DNA from: Eledone cirrhosa
Lineage: Eukaryota
Assembly: GCA_964016885.1 (NCBI GenBank)
Contig: OZ024744.1
Coordinates: 77,500,001-77,564,000, forward strand
Direction: 5' to 3'
Length of the DNA stretch: 64,000 bases
In this document: in pieces, positions 29,351-43,230 of the stretch
Position numbering within the stretch: the stretch's first letter is position 1
How the letters are laid out: the number at the start of each line of letters is the position of its first letter
Notes under the pieces: model-generated
What the model was told of the DNA's origin: nothing
Databases searched by the model: none
The model's input: the letters and a program-made list of their open reading frames with translations, nothing else
Program-made: the position numbers and the translations under genes

Positions 29351-29445
29351 AAGAAGTGACAATACAAACACAGAAACACAAAAGTAGTCTTATTAGTATC
29401 ACGCTAAGAAGGAAGGTTTGGCCCTTCGGACATAAGTTCTTCAAC

Positions 29446-29515
<70 letters not shown>

Positions 29516-30759
29516 CAGATTAGAATATCGGAGTTTGGGAAAATGTCTTAAGAAGGTTGGGTGGAGTCGTAGAGACATACAGCGTGTCTTGGAGAATGTA
29601 TACCTGGTGGAACCCATCCTCTCACCAGGTGTGAACAAAGCCGATTTCTTCTAGGGGAAAAGAAAGAATCACGGAAAGGGAGTGAGAAGGAAATATAGAG
29701 GAAGAATCGATACCTGAACTAGAATGATACTTTTTTTATCGATCTCGAAAGGAAAAAAGGCGAAGTTGACCTCGGTGGGATTTGAACTTAGAGAGCGCAT
29801 ACGGCAATGAATAATATTTGTTTCTACTTTTGGCACAAGGCCAGCAATTATCCCAGTGTATTATTGGTACTTTATTTTATCGACCCCGTAAGGATGAAAG
29901 GCAAAGTTAACCTCGACGCGATTCGAACTCAGACCGTAATGAATAATATTGTCAATCCGCCACACTTGTAGCTATATTAGAAATTATTATTCACATTAGG
30001 GCGATGGATTGGCAATATCGGTAGAGAGTCGGACACCATGCTTTGCAGCATAGAGTTACGGCCCTTTACATTCTGAGTTGAAACTCCCGCCGAGGTTAAC
30101 TTTACCTTTCATCCTTACGGGGTTGATAAAATAAAGTACCAGTAATGTACTGAGGTCGATTTAATCGACTTTCCCCTCCCCCCAAATTACTGGCCTTGTG
30201 CCTATACTAGAAATCATTATTCATACTGAGAAATAGGGTGGTGATTGGCAGAGGTGTTAGACCATGTTAAGCTAAATGCTCTACTGCACTTGTTCCGATT
30301 CTTTACGTTCTGAGTTCAAATCTTAATGTGGTTATGTTTTTTATTTTATTTTATTTTATTTTTTGCTTTTCACCCTTTCAGGGTTGATAAAATATAGTAC
30401 CGGTTAAGTATTGGTGTCGATATAACCAACTTTCCTTTTCTCCAAAATTGCTGGCCTTATGTTTAAATTAGAAGCCGCTATTAAAAAGGTGAATGGACAA
30501 CTTTGCAAAATTAAGTTATGACTCTTGCAAATTCTGCTAGTATCTACTCTACTATTCTTTCATTCGTCTAGGTAACCACTGGGGGGCATTGAGAAGGTCG
30601 GGGTGGAGGGTAGAACCTAAGGGGGCAGTGGGGGCGGTAGAGATGATATAATAATAAATTAAATATCAAATGATATATATTATATATAAATATAGTAAAA
30701 TAAAAAATGTATATTTATTTATACATAGTATATATTATATTATATATTATATTATATAT

Positions 30760-31326
30760 TATGTTTCTGAATTTGTTTAGCAAGATTCTTTATCTGAAAT
30801 CGTGTGTTGAAACCGATATTGTTATACTTTGGGAGGGTCATGTTGCCAATAAGAAACACACGCACCAGTTGTTTCACTTCAATTTAATTTAATATATATT
30901 TATAAATTTACAAATTTATAAATTTCTGGTTGGTTGGTTGGTTCCACAACCAGATAGTTGTTTATATATATATAGTCATAGTTCTTTCGTCACACACTCT
31001 GTGACCTCTTCAGTGACTGGGGATTTCTTTCTTCGTTTCTGTGCCTTTCCTTTCTTCTATCCTACGCCATTTTTGGCGTAGGATAGAAGAAAGGAAAGGC
31101 ACAGAAACGAAGAAAGAAATCCCCAGTCACTGAAGAGGTCACAGAGTGTGTGACGAAAGAACTATGACTATATATATATAAACAACTATCTGGTTGTGGA
31201 ACCAACCAACCAACCAGAAATTTATAAATTTGTAAATTTATAAATATATATTAAATTAAATTGAAGTGAAACAACTGGTGCGTGTGTTTCTTATTGGCAA
31301 CATGACCCTCCCAAAGTATAACAATT
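30760..31326. mobile_element. Palindromic pLTR insertion, family B
   Basis: ~250-bp arms meeting almost without a spacer at ctacgcca-tttt-tggcgtag (~31070). Confidence 0.88.
31125..31169 (+). ncRNA. Minimal hammerhead ribozyme, family B (antisense twin at 30974-31018)
   Basis: agtca-CTGAAGA-g-gtcac agagtgt gtgac-GAAA-gaac-TA-tgact; one extra G precedes stem II. Confidence 0.75.
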
Positions 31327-31861
31327 ATATATTATATTATATATAAATGGTTTTATGTATTATATGTTATTTACAATTTGCGTGTAGATAGGTCTCTCTG
31401 GAAATTGAGGTGGGGGCGCTGAGGGTATTACGTAACCGTGAGGGGGGGGGTGAAAAAAGTTCAAGAACCTCTAGTCTAGGTCTTAATACAAAAAGTGCCT
31501 GTGGTATACTGGAGGCTAATATGATCATAAACTATGACTTTTATTTTTCAAACTTGTGACCATGTGTCAAAGGTAGAAATCGTTATTTGTTATGGGAAAA
31601 GGTGTCTAGTACTGGAGTCGATTCTTCCTCTCTCTGGGAGAAATCTGTTGTACTCAGACCTGCAGAGGGATGGGCTCCGCCAGGCTTAAAATGCCCAAGA
31701 AAAGCCGTATATCAATGCGGCGCCCTTACAACTCTATTAGTAGTTAAGGGATCATACAATGTATTTTGAGCATCAAAAATTAAGAATCACTAAACTATGA
31801 CTTGAAATTCCAAAAAAAAAAATGTAAAAACATCAAACAAGCAACGATACTAATAACAATG

Positions 31862-34085
31862 CCCTACATGGTCACTGTAGTTGCAGTGACCATGTAGGGG
31901 TTGTGGCACTGTGGTAGCTGTGACACTGTGGAGGCTGTGACACTGTGGGGGATGTAACACAGTTGTTGCAGTGACCATGTAGGGGTTGTGGCACTGTGGT
32001 AGCTGTGACACCGTGGAGGCTGTGACACTGTGGGGGATGTAACACAGTTGTTGCAGTGACCATGTAGGGGTTGTGGCACTGTGGTAGCTGTGACACTGTG
32101 GAGGCTGTGACACTGTGGGGGATGTAACACAGTTGTTGCAGTGACCATGTAGGGGTTGTGGCACTGTGGTAGCTGTGACACTGTGGAGGCTGTGACACTG
32201 TGGGGGATGTAACACAGTTGTTGCAGTGACCATGTAGGGGTTGTGGCACTGTGGTAGCTGTGACACTGTGGAGGCTGTGACACTGTGGGGGATGTAACAC
32301 AGTTGTTGCAGTGACCATGTAGGGGTTGTGGCACTGTGGTAGCTGTGACACTGTGGAGGCTGTGACACTGTGGGGGATGTAACACAGTTGTTGCAGTGAC
32401 CATGTAGGGGTTGTGGCACTGTGGTAGCTGTGGTACTGTGGTAGCTGTGACACTGTGGAGGCTATGACACTGTGGGGGATGTAACACAGTTGTTGCAGTG
32501 ACCATGTAGGGGTTGTGGCACTGTGGTAGCTGTGGTACTGTGGTAGCTGTGACACTGTGGAGGCTATGACACTGTGGGAGATGTAACACAGTTGTTGCAG
32601 TGACCATATAGGGGTTGTGGCACTGTGGTAGCTGTGGTACTGTGGTAGCTGTGACACTGTGGGGGATGGGGGATGTAACACAGTTGTTGCAGTGACAATA
32701 TAGGGGTTGTGGCACTGTGGTAGCTGTGGTACTGTGGTAGCTGTGACACTGTGGAGGCTATGACACTGTGGGGGATGTAACTCAGTTGTTGCAGTGACCA
32801 TGTAGGGGTTGTGGCACTGTGGTAGCTGTGGTACTGTGGTAGCTGTGACACTGTGGAGGCTATGACACTGTGGGAGATGTAACACAGTTGTTGCAGTGAC
32901 CATATAGGGGTTGTGGCACTGTGGTAGCTGTGGTACTGTGGTAGCTGTGACACTGTGGGGGATGGGGGATGTAACACAGTTGTTGCAGTGACAATATAGG
33001 GGTTGTGGCACTGTGGTAGCTGTGGTACTGTGGTAGCTGTGACACTGTGGGGGATGTAACACAGTTGTTGCAGTGACCATGTAGTGGTTGTGGCACTGTG
33101 ATAGCTGTGGTACTGTGGTAGCTGTGACACTGTGAAGGCTATGACACTGTGGGGGATGTAACAGTTGTTGCAGTGACCATGTAGGGATTGTGGCACTGTG
33201 GTAGCTGTGGCACTGTGAAGTCTATGACATTGTGGTGGCTGTGGAACTATGGTCGCTGACACTGGTGGCTGTGACCTTGCTGCAGTTGTAACACTATAGT
33301 ATCTGCGACACTGTCATGCCTGTAACATCATAGCGTGTGTGACACTGTGGTGTCTGGGACTTTGTTGTGTTTCTGACAGTATCTTGTCTGTGACACAATA
33401 GTGTAGTCATGGACAAACTGTGGCCCGTTTGGCTTTCTAAATGGCACGCCTAATTTCAAAATTACCTTGAATGTTTTACTAGTGCGGCCCGCCTTATGAT
33501 GAGCCACAACATATGCGGCCTACTACTCAAAAAAGGTTGCCCATGCCTGATATAATTCCTGTGACACAATGATGTTTGTGACACTGTAGTGTCTGTGGAA
33601 GTGTAGTGTTTGTGACACGATAATGCATGCGATTTTGTTGTGTGTGTGACACCATAATGCATGTGACACTATAGGGCTTGTAACACTGTAGTGTCTGTGA
33701 TACTGTAACTGTAGTGTTTGTGACACCATAATGCCTGTAACAACATAGGGTCTGTGGCACTGTAGTATCTGTAACACCATAATGCGTGTGACACCATTAT
33801 GCCTGTGACACTATGATGCCTGTAACACAATAGCGTCTGTGACATTACGGTGTTTTGTAACACTGTGTTGCATGTGGCCTTGCTTTGTTTGTGACACTAT
33901 AATGTATGTGACTTCGTTGTGACACTGTTGTGTCCGTGATACAGAAGCATCTGTGACACCATAATGCCGGTGACACTATAAGGCTGCTTGTAACACTGTA
34001 ACGTCTGTGACACAATGGTGTTTTGTAACACTGCGTTACCTGTGAAGTTGTTTTTTTCGTGACACTATTGTATGTGTGACATTAT
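31862..34085. repeat. Minisatellite: 85-bp then ~100-bp units built from a 15-16 bp ctgtgacactgtgg motif, decaying rightwards
   Basis: gttgcagtgaccat recurs at 31880, 31965, 32050 and onwards. Confidence 0.95.
33403..33549. mobile_element. Degenerate hAT-type MITE inside a minisatellite
   Basis: Ends tagtcatggacaaac / ggttgcccatgcctg. Confidence 0.5.
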
Positions 34086-34299
34086 AGAAATTATCCTCAC
34101 CATTTTGTTTATATTTTATGTTTAAAATATATTTTTGTGTCCCGATTTTGGTTTTGAAGCTTTGCTGTGATGGCAACCCCCGGTGAAATGGAATTAACAG
34201 AATTTTTATAGGTTTTAGTATTTTTATTTCATTGTGTAAATAGTCAGTAGGTTATAGTTGGTGTCTTGAGGAATGTGTGTGGTGCAGTAAATAAACATA

Positions 34300-34612
34300 T
34301 ACATATACACCAGGCCCGAACACAAAAGAACCAAAATCCCACTGTCACTGCCTCTGTCTCTGCCCACTCTCCCCAACTCTCAATATTATGAGCAAATGGG
34401 GGCTCACGCGTTGACCGCCTCGATGCCCCAGCGGACTGGTCACCACGCAGCCCCAGTGGACAGAATAGAGAAGGCGTTTCCCCGGAGGATGGTGAAGGAG
34501 ACGCGCTGGAAGAACCATTCCGCGAGGCCCACACATTCGGGTAGCCAACTATGTAGTGATGGTGGTGAGAAGAGAGGTGGTCCTAGGGCGAAGGACACCA
34601 GAAGTCTCCATC
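34300..34612 (-). mobile_element. CRE-like LINE 3' fragment with 3' UTR
   Basis: Homologous to 35757-35950 (WFFQRVSFTILRGNAFSIL); the UTR is shared with ~5690-5790 and ~27235-27300. Confidence 0.7.
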
Positions 34613-34692
34613 TTATAGTTATAGATAAGTAAGGAGATTTACAAATATCGTCATCAATAAGGTATTGTGCATATATTATACTTGTATCGATA

Positions 34693-35311
34693 TCTATATA
34701 TCTAAAACAGAGAATGTTTGTCTGTCTGTCTGGCGCCCTAAAACTCGATAACCACGCAACCGATTGTTTTCAAACTTTACACATGTAATACTTATGGTCC
34801 TGTGAGTGTTTTGAGCAAAAAATATTTCAAATTTTCAATGCCCTAGAGACGGCATTAGTCGATTTAGCGATCTCTCTCTATAATTCTTAGTCTTTCTTTT
34901 TTGTTAGATACATAGATATAACGTTGCGTCCTTATAATATCTGTCTGTATGTCTGGCTGTCTGCATTACGACATTATGACGTCGCTATATGTGCGTATAT
35001 ATATATAGTGTGTAACGTTTTTCGAATTATTTATTCTGCGTTCACAGATTGATTTTTTTAGTTTCAGAAGATCCCGTTAAGGGTGAAACTTTAATCTGTT
35101 ATTTTAATATATATATATATATCTATAATATTATAAAGCTGTGTGTCGTGTGGATTATGTATGTATCCTACACACCTCCCTATAGTTTCTTAGCTTTACT
35201 CTCTCCGTCGCTCTTCACTCTCTCTATAATAGATCATTTCCCCTCTCTATAATTTAACTGCTTTACTATCTCTGTCGCTCTTCACTCTCAAATATTATAA
35301 AGCTGAGCGTC

Positions 35312-35342
<31 letters not shown>

Positions 35343-36568
35343 ATTTAACTGCTTTACTCTCTGTCTCTCTTCACTCTCTATATGACAACACTCTTTTACT
35401 TTCCGTAGAGATGAGCGTCGTATGTAAATTCGGTCAACACGTATGTATCCTACACACCTCCCTATAGTTTCTTAGCTTTATTCTCTCCGTCGCTCTTCCC
35501 TTTCTCTATAATAAATCATTCCCCCTCTCTATAAAGCTAAGCGTCGATCCTCTCTCTCCCTCTTTCACCCTCTCTATAATTTAACTGCTTTACTCTCTGT
35601 CTCTCTTCACTCTCTATATGACAACACTCTTTTACTTTCCGTATCTACCTTCAATATATCAATATATACCCAGGTTCTGCTGCACGTCGAACTGAGGGGG
35701 CTAAACTCCTCAAATACCGGTCACTCTCCGACAGGTTTGCGGTCGTACCCCTGGCAGTGGGGACTTCTGGTGTCCTCGGCCCCAGGGCTACCTCCTTACT
35801 CACCACCATAGGCGCTGACCTGGCCAGCCGCAGGTGTGAGCCCCGCGAGTTGGAGTGGCTTTTCCAGCGCGTCTCCCTTGCCGTCCTCCGGGGAAACGCC
35901 TTCTCCATTCTGTCCGCCAGGGCTGTGGGTGGGCCCCATTGCGTACCGTTGTAGTTGTTGTATACAGATATTAACTCATCAATCCCATTATTTATATCAT
36001 ATATCAACATAGAGATGAGCGTCGTATGTATGTTTATTTCAAAAGTATAACCTCCTTCAAATTCGGTCAACACACAAGCAGGTAAAACATACATCAAAAG
36101 GCAACCCTCTTAGAGAGGCAGAGAGTGAAAGAGACAGATTAGGAAAACTACACACATACACACACACACATCTAAAGAGAGAGGGAGGAGAGAGGAAAGA
36201 GAGAGGGGGGAAGAGAAACAGAGGGACGGCAAGCAGGTAATACATACATCTAAAATCATTTGGATACAAATATCATAATATAATGGTTGCAGAACGAAAA
36301 TACAGACAAATATAATAACGTATGTATCCCACACACTTTTTCTGTGTGGTATCTTTGCAGTGGAGTGGTGGGGGCAGGTATACCTAGCCGGCCGCCAGCC
36401 GGACGAGCCAGCTAGAAATTATATATTCGTGTACATATATTTTTGCATACCCAATAAAAAAAATATTAACAAACGTATTTATTTCACGAGGCTCGATAAG
36501 GGTAAATATATATCAAATATATAAGAACCTTAGAGCAAATCCCGAGCAACGCCGGGCCATTCTGCTAG
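34693..36568 (+). mobile_element. Non-autonomous Helitron-like element
   Basis: 5' A|TC start with (TCTG)n; 3' hairpin cccgagcaacgccggg followed by CTAG|T; internal tandem duplications. A similar 3' end lies at 45297-45324. Confidence 0.65.
35655..35955 (+). mobile_element. 3' fragment of a CRE-like non-LTR retrotransposon (restriction-like endonuclease C-terminus)
   Basis: AARRTEGAKLLKY..VPLAVGTSGVLGP..WLFQRVSLAVLRGNAFSIL. Confidence 0.75.
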
Positions 36569-36630
36569 TATTACAATAAAACTAGAATAAAACTTACTCT
36601 ATTCTACCCATTCCCAGATACACACACACA

Positions 36631-36745
<115 letters not shown>

Positions 36746-36746
36746 G

Positions 36747-36783
<37 letters not shown>

Positions 36784-36787
36784 ATAT

Positions 36788-36907
36788 GTACAGATTAAGG
36801 TTTAAGGAAAGAATCGCTGCTTTCACCCTTTTACGGGAACTCAATGTTTCAGAAGATCCCGTAAAAGGGTGAAAGAAGCGATTCTTTGCTTGAACTTTAA
36901 TCTGTAC
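36788..36907. repeat. Short palindrome in a (TA)n context with hammerhead-like remnant
   Basis: CAGAAGA-tcccgtaaaagggt-GAAA-gaagcgattc-TT; a related deleted copy lies at ~35045-35100. Confidence 0.5.
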
Positions 36908-36931
36908 GTATAATAAATATTTGCTCAACGG

Positions 36932-36972
<41 letters not shown>

Positions 36973-37220
36973 TTTTTATATACATATATATATAATCCTT
37001 ACCGAGCCCTCTTTGGATTTTAGTCTTCACATTTGTTATTACTATATATATATATATATATTGACATGATAATTATTTCTACTTTTGGCACAAGGCCAGC
37101 AATTATTTCAGTGTATTACTGGTACTTTATTTTATCGACCCCGTAAGGATGAAAGACAAAGTTAACCCTGGAGGGATTTGAACTCAGATTGACATGATAA
37201 TTGTTTAAGTTACTACTCCC

Positions 37221-37256
<36 letters not shown>

Positions 37257-38027
37257 CATATTTTAAATACCCTTTTGATATTTTCAATTACCCATGTTTA
37301 ACTAGATTCATATGCTACGCCAATGACTTTCACACACTTTGAATTATTCAATGGGAACAACTAGGGTCATACGGGTTAATAAAAAATGTAATTGGGTCAA
37401 CTATAATCTAATGTAGTCAATGATGAACACAACTAAATAATGTCCATGCATCGCTTGATTAAAAAAAAAAACCCATACTTTTTCTTTTTTTCTTTCTTTT
37501 TTCCCCCTTTTTTTCTTTTTTCTCCCCCTCAATTTTCTTACATATTTTATACTCGAACAATATATCTTATAGTCTTACACAATTTACTTAAATATATATT
37601 GAAGATTGCACCTTTTTTCTTTTCTCTTTCTCTCTTTCTCTCTCTCTCGTTCTCTCTCTCTTTCTTTCTCTCTCTGTCTCTATCTCTCTCTCCTTCTCTC
37701 TCCTTCTCTCTCGCTTTCTCTCTCTTTCTCTTTTATCTCTTTATCTAATGAACCTACAAAATATCATTTCAAATCCATTACTAAGTCAAAAATATATGTA
37801 AAATGGAGATGCAACTTATCTATCGTTGCGACTTATCTACTGACATTACTTATCTAGTCTTATCTAGTTATAGCGACTTATACTCGAGTATATACAGTAT
37901 TTATAAATATATGTGTGCATGTGCATATGCTTTGTATCTGTACATGTGCACATGCAGTTATTAGATGCAGAATTTTTGGAATGTTTTACATTAAAAAAGT
38001 ACCAGTCTAGTACTGGAGTCGATTCTT

Positions 38028-38076
<49 letters not shown>

Positions 38077-38477
38077 AAGAAGAAGAAGAAGAAGAAGAAG
38101 AAGAAGAAGAAGAAGAAGAAGAAATCTGCTGTATTCAGGCCTGGGGAGGGATAGGTTCCATTAGGCTTAAAATGTCCAAGAAACACCGTATGTCAATACA
38201 CCACCCCTACAACTCTATCAGGAGTTACGGGACCTTACCATACTATGTATGTATGTATGTATGTGTGTATGTATGTATGTATGTATGTATGTGTGTATGT
38301 ATGTATGTATGTAGGTAGGTATGTATGTATGTATGTGTGTATGTTGCTATCGTGTGTGTGTATAGATATGCTTATGTGTGTGCGTGTATGTGTATATATA
38401 TATGTATATGTGTATTATTATTGTTGTTGTCGTTATTATTATTGTTGTTATTATTATTATTATTATTATTGTTATTA

Positions 38478-38543
<66 letters not shown>

Positions 38544-39589
38544 ATATATATATATTTTTCTCCTCGTGCAATGGCCATACTCGATAACGAGGGGGCAGCC
38601 ATCATGTGTGTATGTATGTATGTATGTATGTATGTATGTATGTATGTATGTATGTATGTATGTATGTATGTATGTATGTATGTATGTATGTATGAATGCA
38701 GGTAGATATGAATGTGTGTATGAATGTATGTATGTATGTGTGTATGTATGTATATATATGTCGGGTCACTCTTGAGTGCTACTGGTAACATGTAACCTAG
38801 TACAACCTGTCGCATGGTCGGGTCGTCGGCGACTAAACCGGCAACCCCACCAAGTTTACTTGGTGAGGAGGGTGATTTTGGACACCCTGCAGGACAAAAA
38901 ACAAAACCTGACTAGGGCGGAGGAACTCATAAGAGTCAACGGCCATCCAAAAGTGTGTAAATATGTATATACATATGTACATATGTATGTATATGTGTAT
39001 ATACATGGGTGCATGTGTATGTATATGCGCGAGGACATAAAAATAATAGGGCTGGATACCCGATCGCGCGGTTAAACCACTGGGAGTGAAGGACACCCCT
39101 AACCTTTGTCAGGGCATTCTTCTAGGAGAAGGCAACTCAGGAAACTGGGATAACTCCGATATAAAACCTGCGGCTCAGTAGTTATCGATGATATTGATCT
39201 TTTCTTCTTTTCGGGTTATAGCTACTGTTGCTCAGAGAGTGGGATTGGCTCAGTGCACAGTCTTTCCTCACTTTAAAAAAATCTTCACGCACAGTCATTG
39301 CACGATAGAATTAATGAATAATTATTAATAATGGTATATCGTGCAATGGCCATATTCGATAACGAGGGGGCAGGCATCATCATGTATGCACGTATGTATG
39401 CAGGTATGTATGTATGTGTGTATTTATGCAGGTATGTATGTATGTATGTATGTATGTATGTATGTATGTATGTATGTATGTATGTATGTATGTATGTATG
39501 TATGCATGTATGTATGCATGTATCTATGCATGCATGTATGTATATGTGTGACGTCCGAACGAACATCCTCCACTTCCAATTATCTTACC

Positions 39590-39710
39590 CTCCGCCTCAT
39601 GGTCCCGTCCACCGACAGGATGGAGAATTGTCCCGCCAGGCTTGTCCGGAAGACGGTGAGGGGGCCGCGCTGGAATAGCCACTCCAACTCCGCTCTGGTA
39701 AACATGTAGT
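39590..39710 (-). mobile_element. CRE-like LINE 3' fragment
   Basis: cgcgctggaatagccactccaactc is the reverse complement of the ELEWLFQR-coding segment at ~35847-35870. Confidence 0.6.
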
Positions 39711-40752
39711 AGAAATTACCATCATTTTAATTCATCATGAAAACAGAATCTTATACCCGTACCATATACATTTCTAGTATTACCCAGTACCGGATTTAGG
39801 ACAAATGAAGCCCTGTGCTAATTAAGTTATGAGACCCCTTACTTAAGCGCTGAAGGAGGTGAAAACATTTTTGGCAGCAAGATGGCCTCCTTACCCTTGG
39901 CCAACGGGGCCTTGTGCTAAAAGTACACCTAAGCACAATTGTAAATTCAGCACTAGTATTATATCTATGATAGGTTTCATTAACTCCTGGGTTTTTTTAA
40001 AAATTATAATCTTAAAACGTTACCAGCAATTATCACCCTGCACTGTTTACGAGCTTTGTATATCTAGGTTTACATTATATGATGCTTCCCTGCATTATAT
40101 GATGTGTTCCTTCTCTTTTCAAGATGATAGGGTATGATAGGAGGAGGAGGAGGAGGAGAAATTTGATGGTTATTTCTCGCATGTCGAGCGACCATATACA
40201 ACTTCCCGTGTAGAAAGGAGAGCTGGAGAACCAATGTCAGTGCTTCACAGATCAAACATTTTCATACGAAACATGGATTTCAGAGTTCTCTCTCTCTCTC
40301 TTTTACTCTCTTGACAAAAATTGTCATTGACATTAATGATTTCTACCATAGGCACAAGGCCAGCAATTCTGTGGGGGGGGGGGGAGTCAATTAAATCGAC
40401 CACCAGTGCATTACTGGTGCTTTATTTTATCTACCCCGTGAGGATGAAAGCCAAAGCTAACCTCGGCGGGATTTGAACTCAGACCGTAAAGGGCCGCAAC
40501 TCTATGCCGCGAAGCATGGTGTCCGACATTTTACTGATACTGCCAATCCACCATCCTTCATTTCATTGACATTAATGATGATTCTTCTCATTAAGGGTGT
40601 AATATTAATTGACTAAACATTATTTTTGGCACACTATATTATGTAAGTCTACACTTAACTATATCTATTCCATGCAGAAGTCATCATAGGGAAACGTTCC
40701 ATTGTTGTTTCTTCAAAATGCTTAATCAGTGTATATAGTTACAAATGTATAG

Positions 40753-40919
40753 TGACAACTCTGGACTTATTTCTCTCTTATTGGACCTCTTCGGCGCTGT
40801 ATAGTTTAACACATACCAGATCAAATGTATCATGCTTAGGTTATTCTATGATCTGGTATCTGTTAAACTATACTGCGCTAAAGAGGTCCAATAAGGGAGA
40901 AATATGTCCAGAGTTGTCA
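40753..40919. repeat. Degenerate palindrome with hammerhead-like remnant
   Basis: ~78-bp imperfect arms; C(T/C)(A/G)AAGA-ggtccaataag(g/a)ga-GAAA-ta(t/a)g-TC. Confidence 0.55.
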
Positions 40920-41071
40920 TCATAGCTATTAAAAATGAAATTCACATCCCATCGAATTCCTGCGTTAAATTTTTAGTCAATTTAAATTTCGGAGTTCTGA
41001 TCTTTTGACAAATATTATTCATTAACACTAATGATATTTGTTGTCATTATACGACATATAATTTTAATTAC

Positions 41072-41278
41072 TATATATACTCGTGTATAAGTCGCACAAT
41101 ATTTCCATGAAAATATGACGTAAGATTATCTAATGGAACCTACAAAATATCATTTCAAATAAATTACTGAGCCAAAAAGGTATGTAAAATGGAGATGTAA
41201 CTTATCTGTCTGTGCGACTTATCCACTGATGTTACTTACCTAGTTATAGCGATATATACTCGGCTATATATATGGTAA
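41072..41278. mobile_element. pogo-like MITE (partial copy at ~37743-37900)
   Basis: Ends tatatactcgtgtataagtcgc / gcgatatatactcggctatata; the interior is shared with 37743-37890. Confidence 0.5.
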
Positions 41279-41495
41279 TTATAAATATACTTGGCTCAGA
41301 CGATTAAGCAGGATAGCTTTTACCTGGCAGTATTTAGTTTCATAAATCAATATTTTTTTTATGTTTGCGTTTAGGCACTTGACTCATCTTAGAGTCGTTA
41401 GGGCGTCGTTGTGATATAAGTCGTGTCTTAGGGACTTCATCCTGACGGAGCCACCGCCCCTTTCCATGTCTGAGTACAGCCGATGGTTTTTAGAT

Positions 41496-41566
<71 letters not shown>

Positions 41567-41879
41567 AGGAAGCGAGAAAGAGATATAGAGAAACGAATAG
41601 ACCCAAGTACTGAACTGGCCTGGCCTGGCCTGGCCTGGTACTTTATTTATCGACATCAGAAGAGTAAAAAGCAGCAAATTTGATCTCGGCATGAGTTGAA
41701 CCTCAAGCGCAGAATACCGAAAAGTATTTTATCCGACGTTCTTAACAACAGTATCAATGTATGTCATCCATAACCCTAACTGAAAATTTCACCATTGGTG
41801 GTCATGGGTGTGAGGACATGGTGTGTTGTCTCTTTGCGATATTTATGAAGCGGGGAGGGGGTGTAGTGGTTGATACGTG

Positions 41880-42445
41880 ATAAAAAAGGTCCCACTATAG
41901 AACTACTCGTATATATTAAGGTCCCATTATAAAACTACTAAAAAGGTGGTGGATTGGCATGAGTTACGGCCCTTTATGGTCTGAGTTCAAGTACCGCCGA
42001 GGTTAACTTTGCCTTTCATCGTTACGGTGGTCGATAAAATAAAGTACCAGTAATGCACTGGGTAATTGCTGGCCTTGTGCCAAAAGTAGAAACAATTATA
42101 AAACTACTCGTGTATAAGAAGGGCTCAATATTGAAATACTTGTGTAAAATAAGGTCTCATTACAGAACTACTCGTGTATAAGAGGGGGCTCAATATCGAA
42201 CTACTTGTATATAATAAGGTCCCATTACTGAACTACTCGTGTATAAGAGGGGCTCAATATCGAACTACTTGTGTATAATAAGGTCCCATTACAGAACTAC
42301 TCGTGTATAAGAACTCAATATCGAACTATTTGTGTATAATGTCCCATTATAAAACTACTTGTGTATAATAAGGTCCCATTATAGAACTACTCGTGTATAA
42401 GAATGGCTCAATATTGAACTACTCGTGTATAAGAAGAGCTCAATA
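41880..42445. repeat. ~29/58-bp minisatellite interrupted by a SINE
   Basis: aaggtcccattacagaactactcgtgtataagaggggctcaatatcgaactacttgtgtataat repeated. Confidence 0.85.
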
Positions 42446-42524
42446 TTGGTGCCACTGTACTCACAACTACACCACTGGCCCTTTCAACAGTTAGTTTTGA
42501 GCGTAGGGCTCAAATCATTGCTCA

Positions 42525-42606
42525 TGCTACTACTGCTACTACTATTACTACTACTACTACTACTACTTCTGCTGCTACTGCTGCTACCGCTGCTGCTACT
42601 ACTACA

Positions 42607-42639
<33 letters not shown>

Positions 42640-42694
42640 GCTACTACTACTACTGCTGCTACTACTGCTACCGCTGCTGCTGCTGCTGCTGCTG

Positions 42695-42747
<53 letters not shown>

Positions 42748-42957
42748 GCTGCTACTGCTGCTACCGCTGCTGCTACTACTACAACTACTACTACTACTAC
42801 TACTACTACTATTACTGCTACTATGACTACTACTGATACTAATACTACAATTGTTGCCTTTGTTGCAAATACTACTACTACTACTACTATGACTATTACT
42901 GTTACTACAATGACTACTACTGATACTACCACAACTGTTGCCTTTGCTACTACAATG

Positions 42958-42991
<34 letters not shown>

Positions 42992-43079
42992 ATTCTACGG
43001 AAGGAAGGATGGGGGGTGGGAAGAAATTGAAATAAGGACAGAAGAAAAAATAAAGACAAAACAAAAAACAAACCAAATG

Positions 43080-43111
<32 letters not shown>

Positions 43112-43230
43112 CGAAATATGAACAACAACAACAAAAAGTAATCCAAAAACAAAAACAAAAGGAAATTCCGAAAACAAAAACAAAAAAAAGCAAATAAAAT
43201 AAAATAAAAAGTAATAACAAATAAATAAAT
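42525..43230. repeat. (CTA/CTG)n and (AAC)n arrays
   Basis: Read directly from the sequence. Confidence 0.95.

Noticed and set aside
31850-33262. Cys/His repeat ORFs resembling zinc fingers
   Set aside because: The 85-bp unit is not a multiple of 3, so the same peptide cycles through frames; it is a minisatellite.
41880-42445. CRISPR-like periodic repeats
   Set aside because: No unique spacers and no cas genes, in a eukaryotic context.
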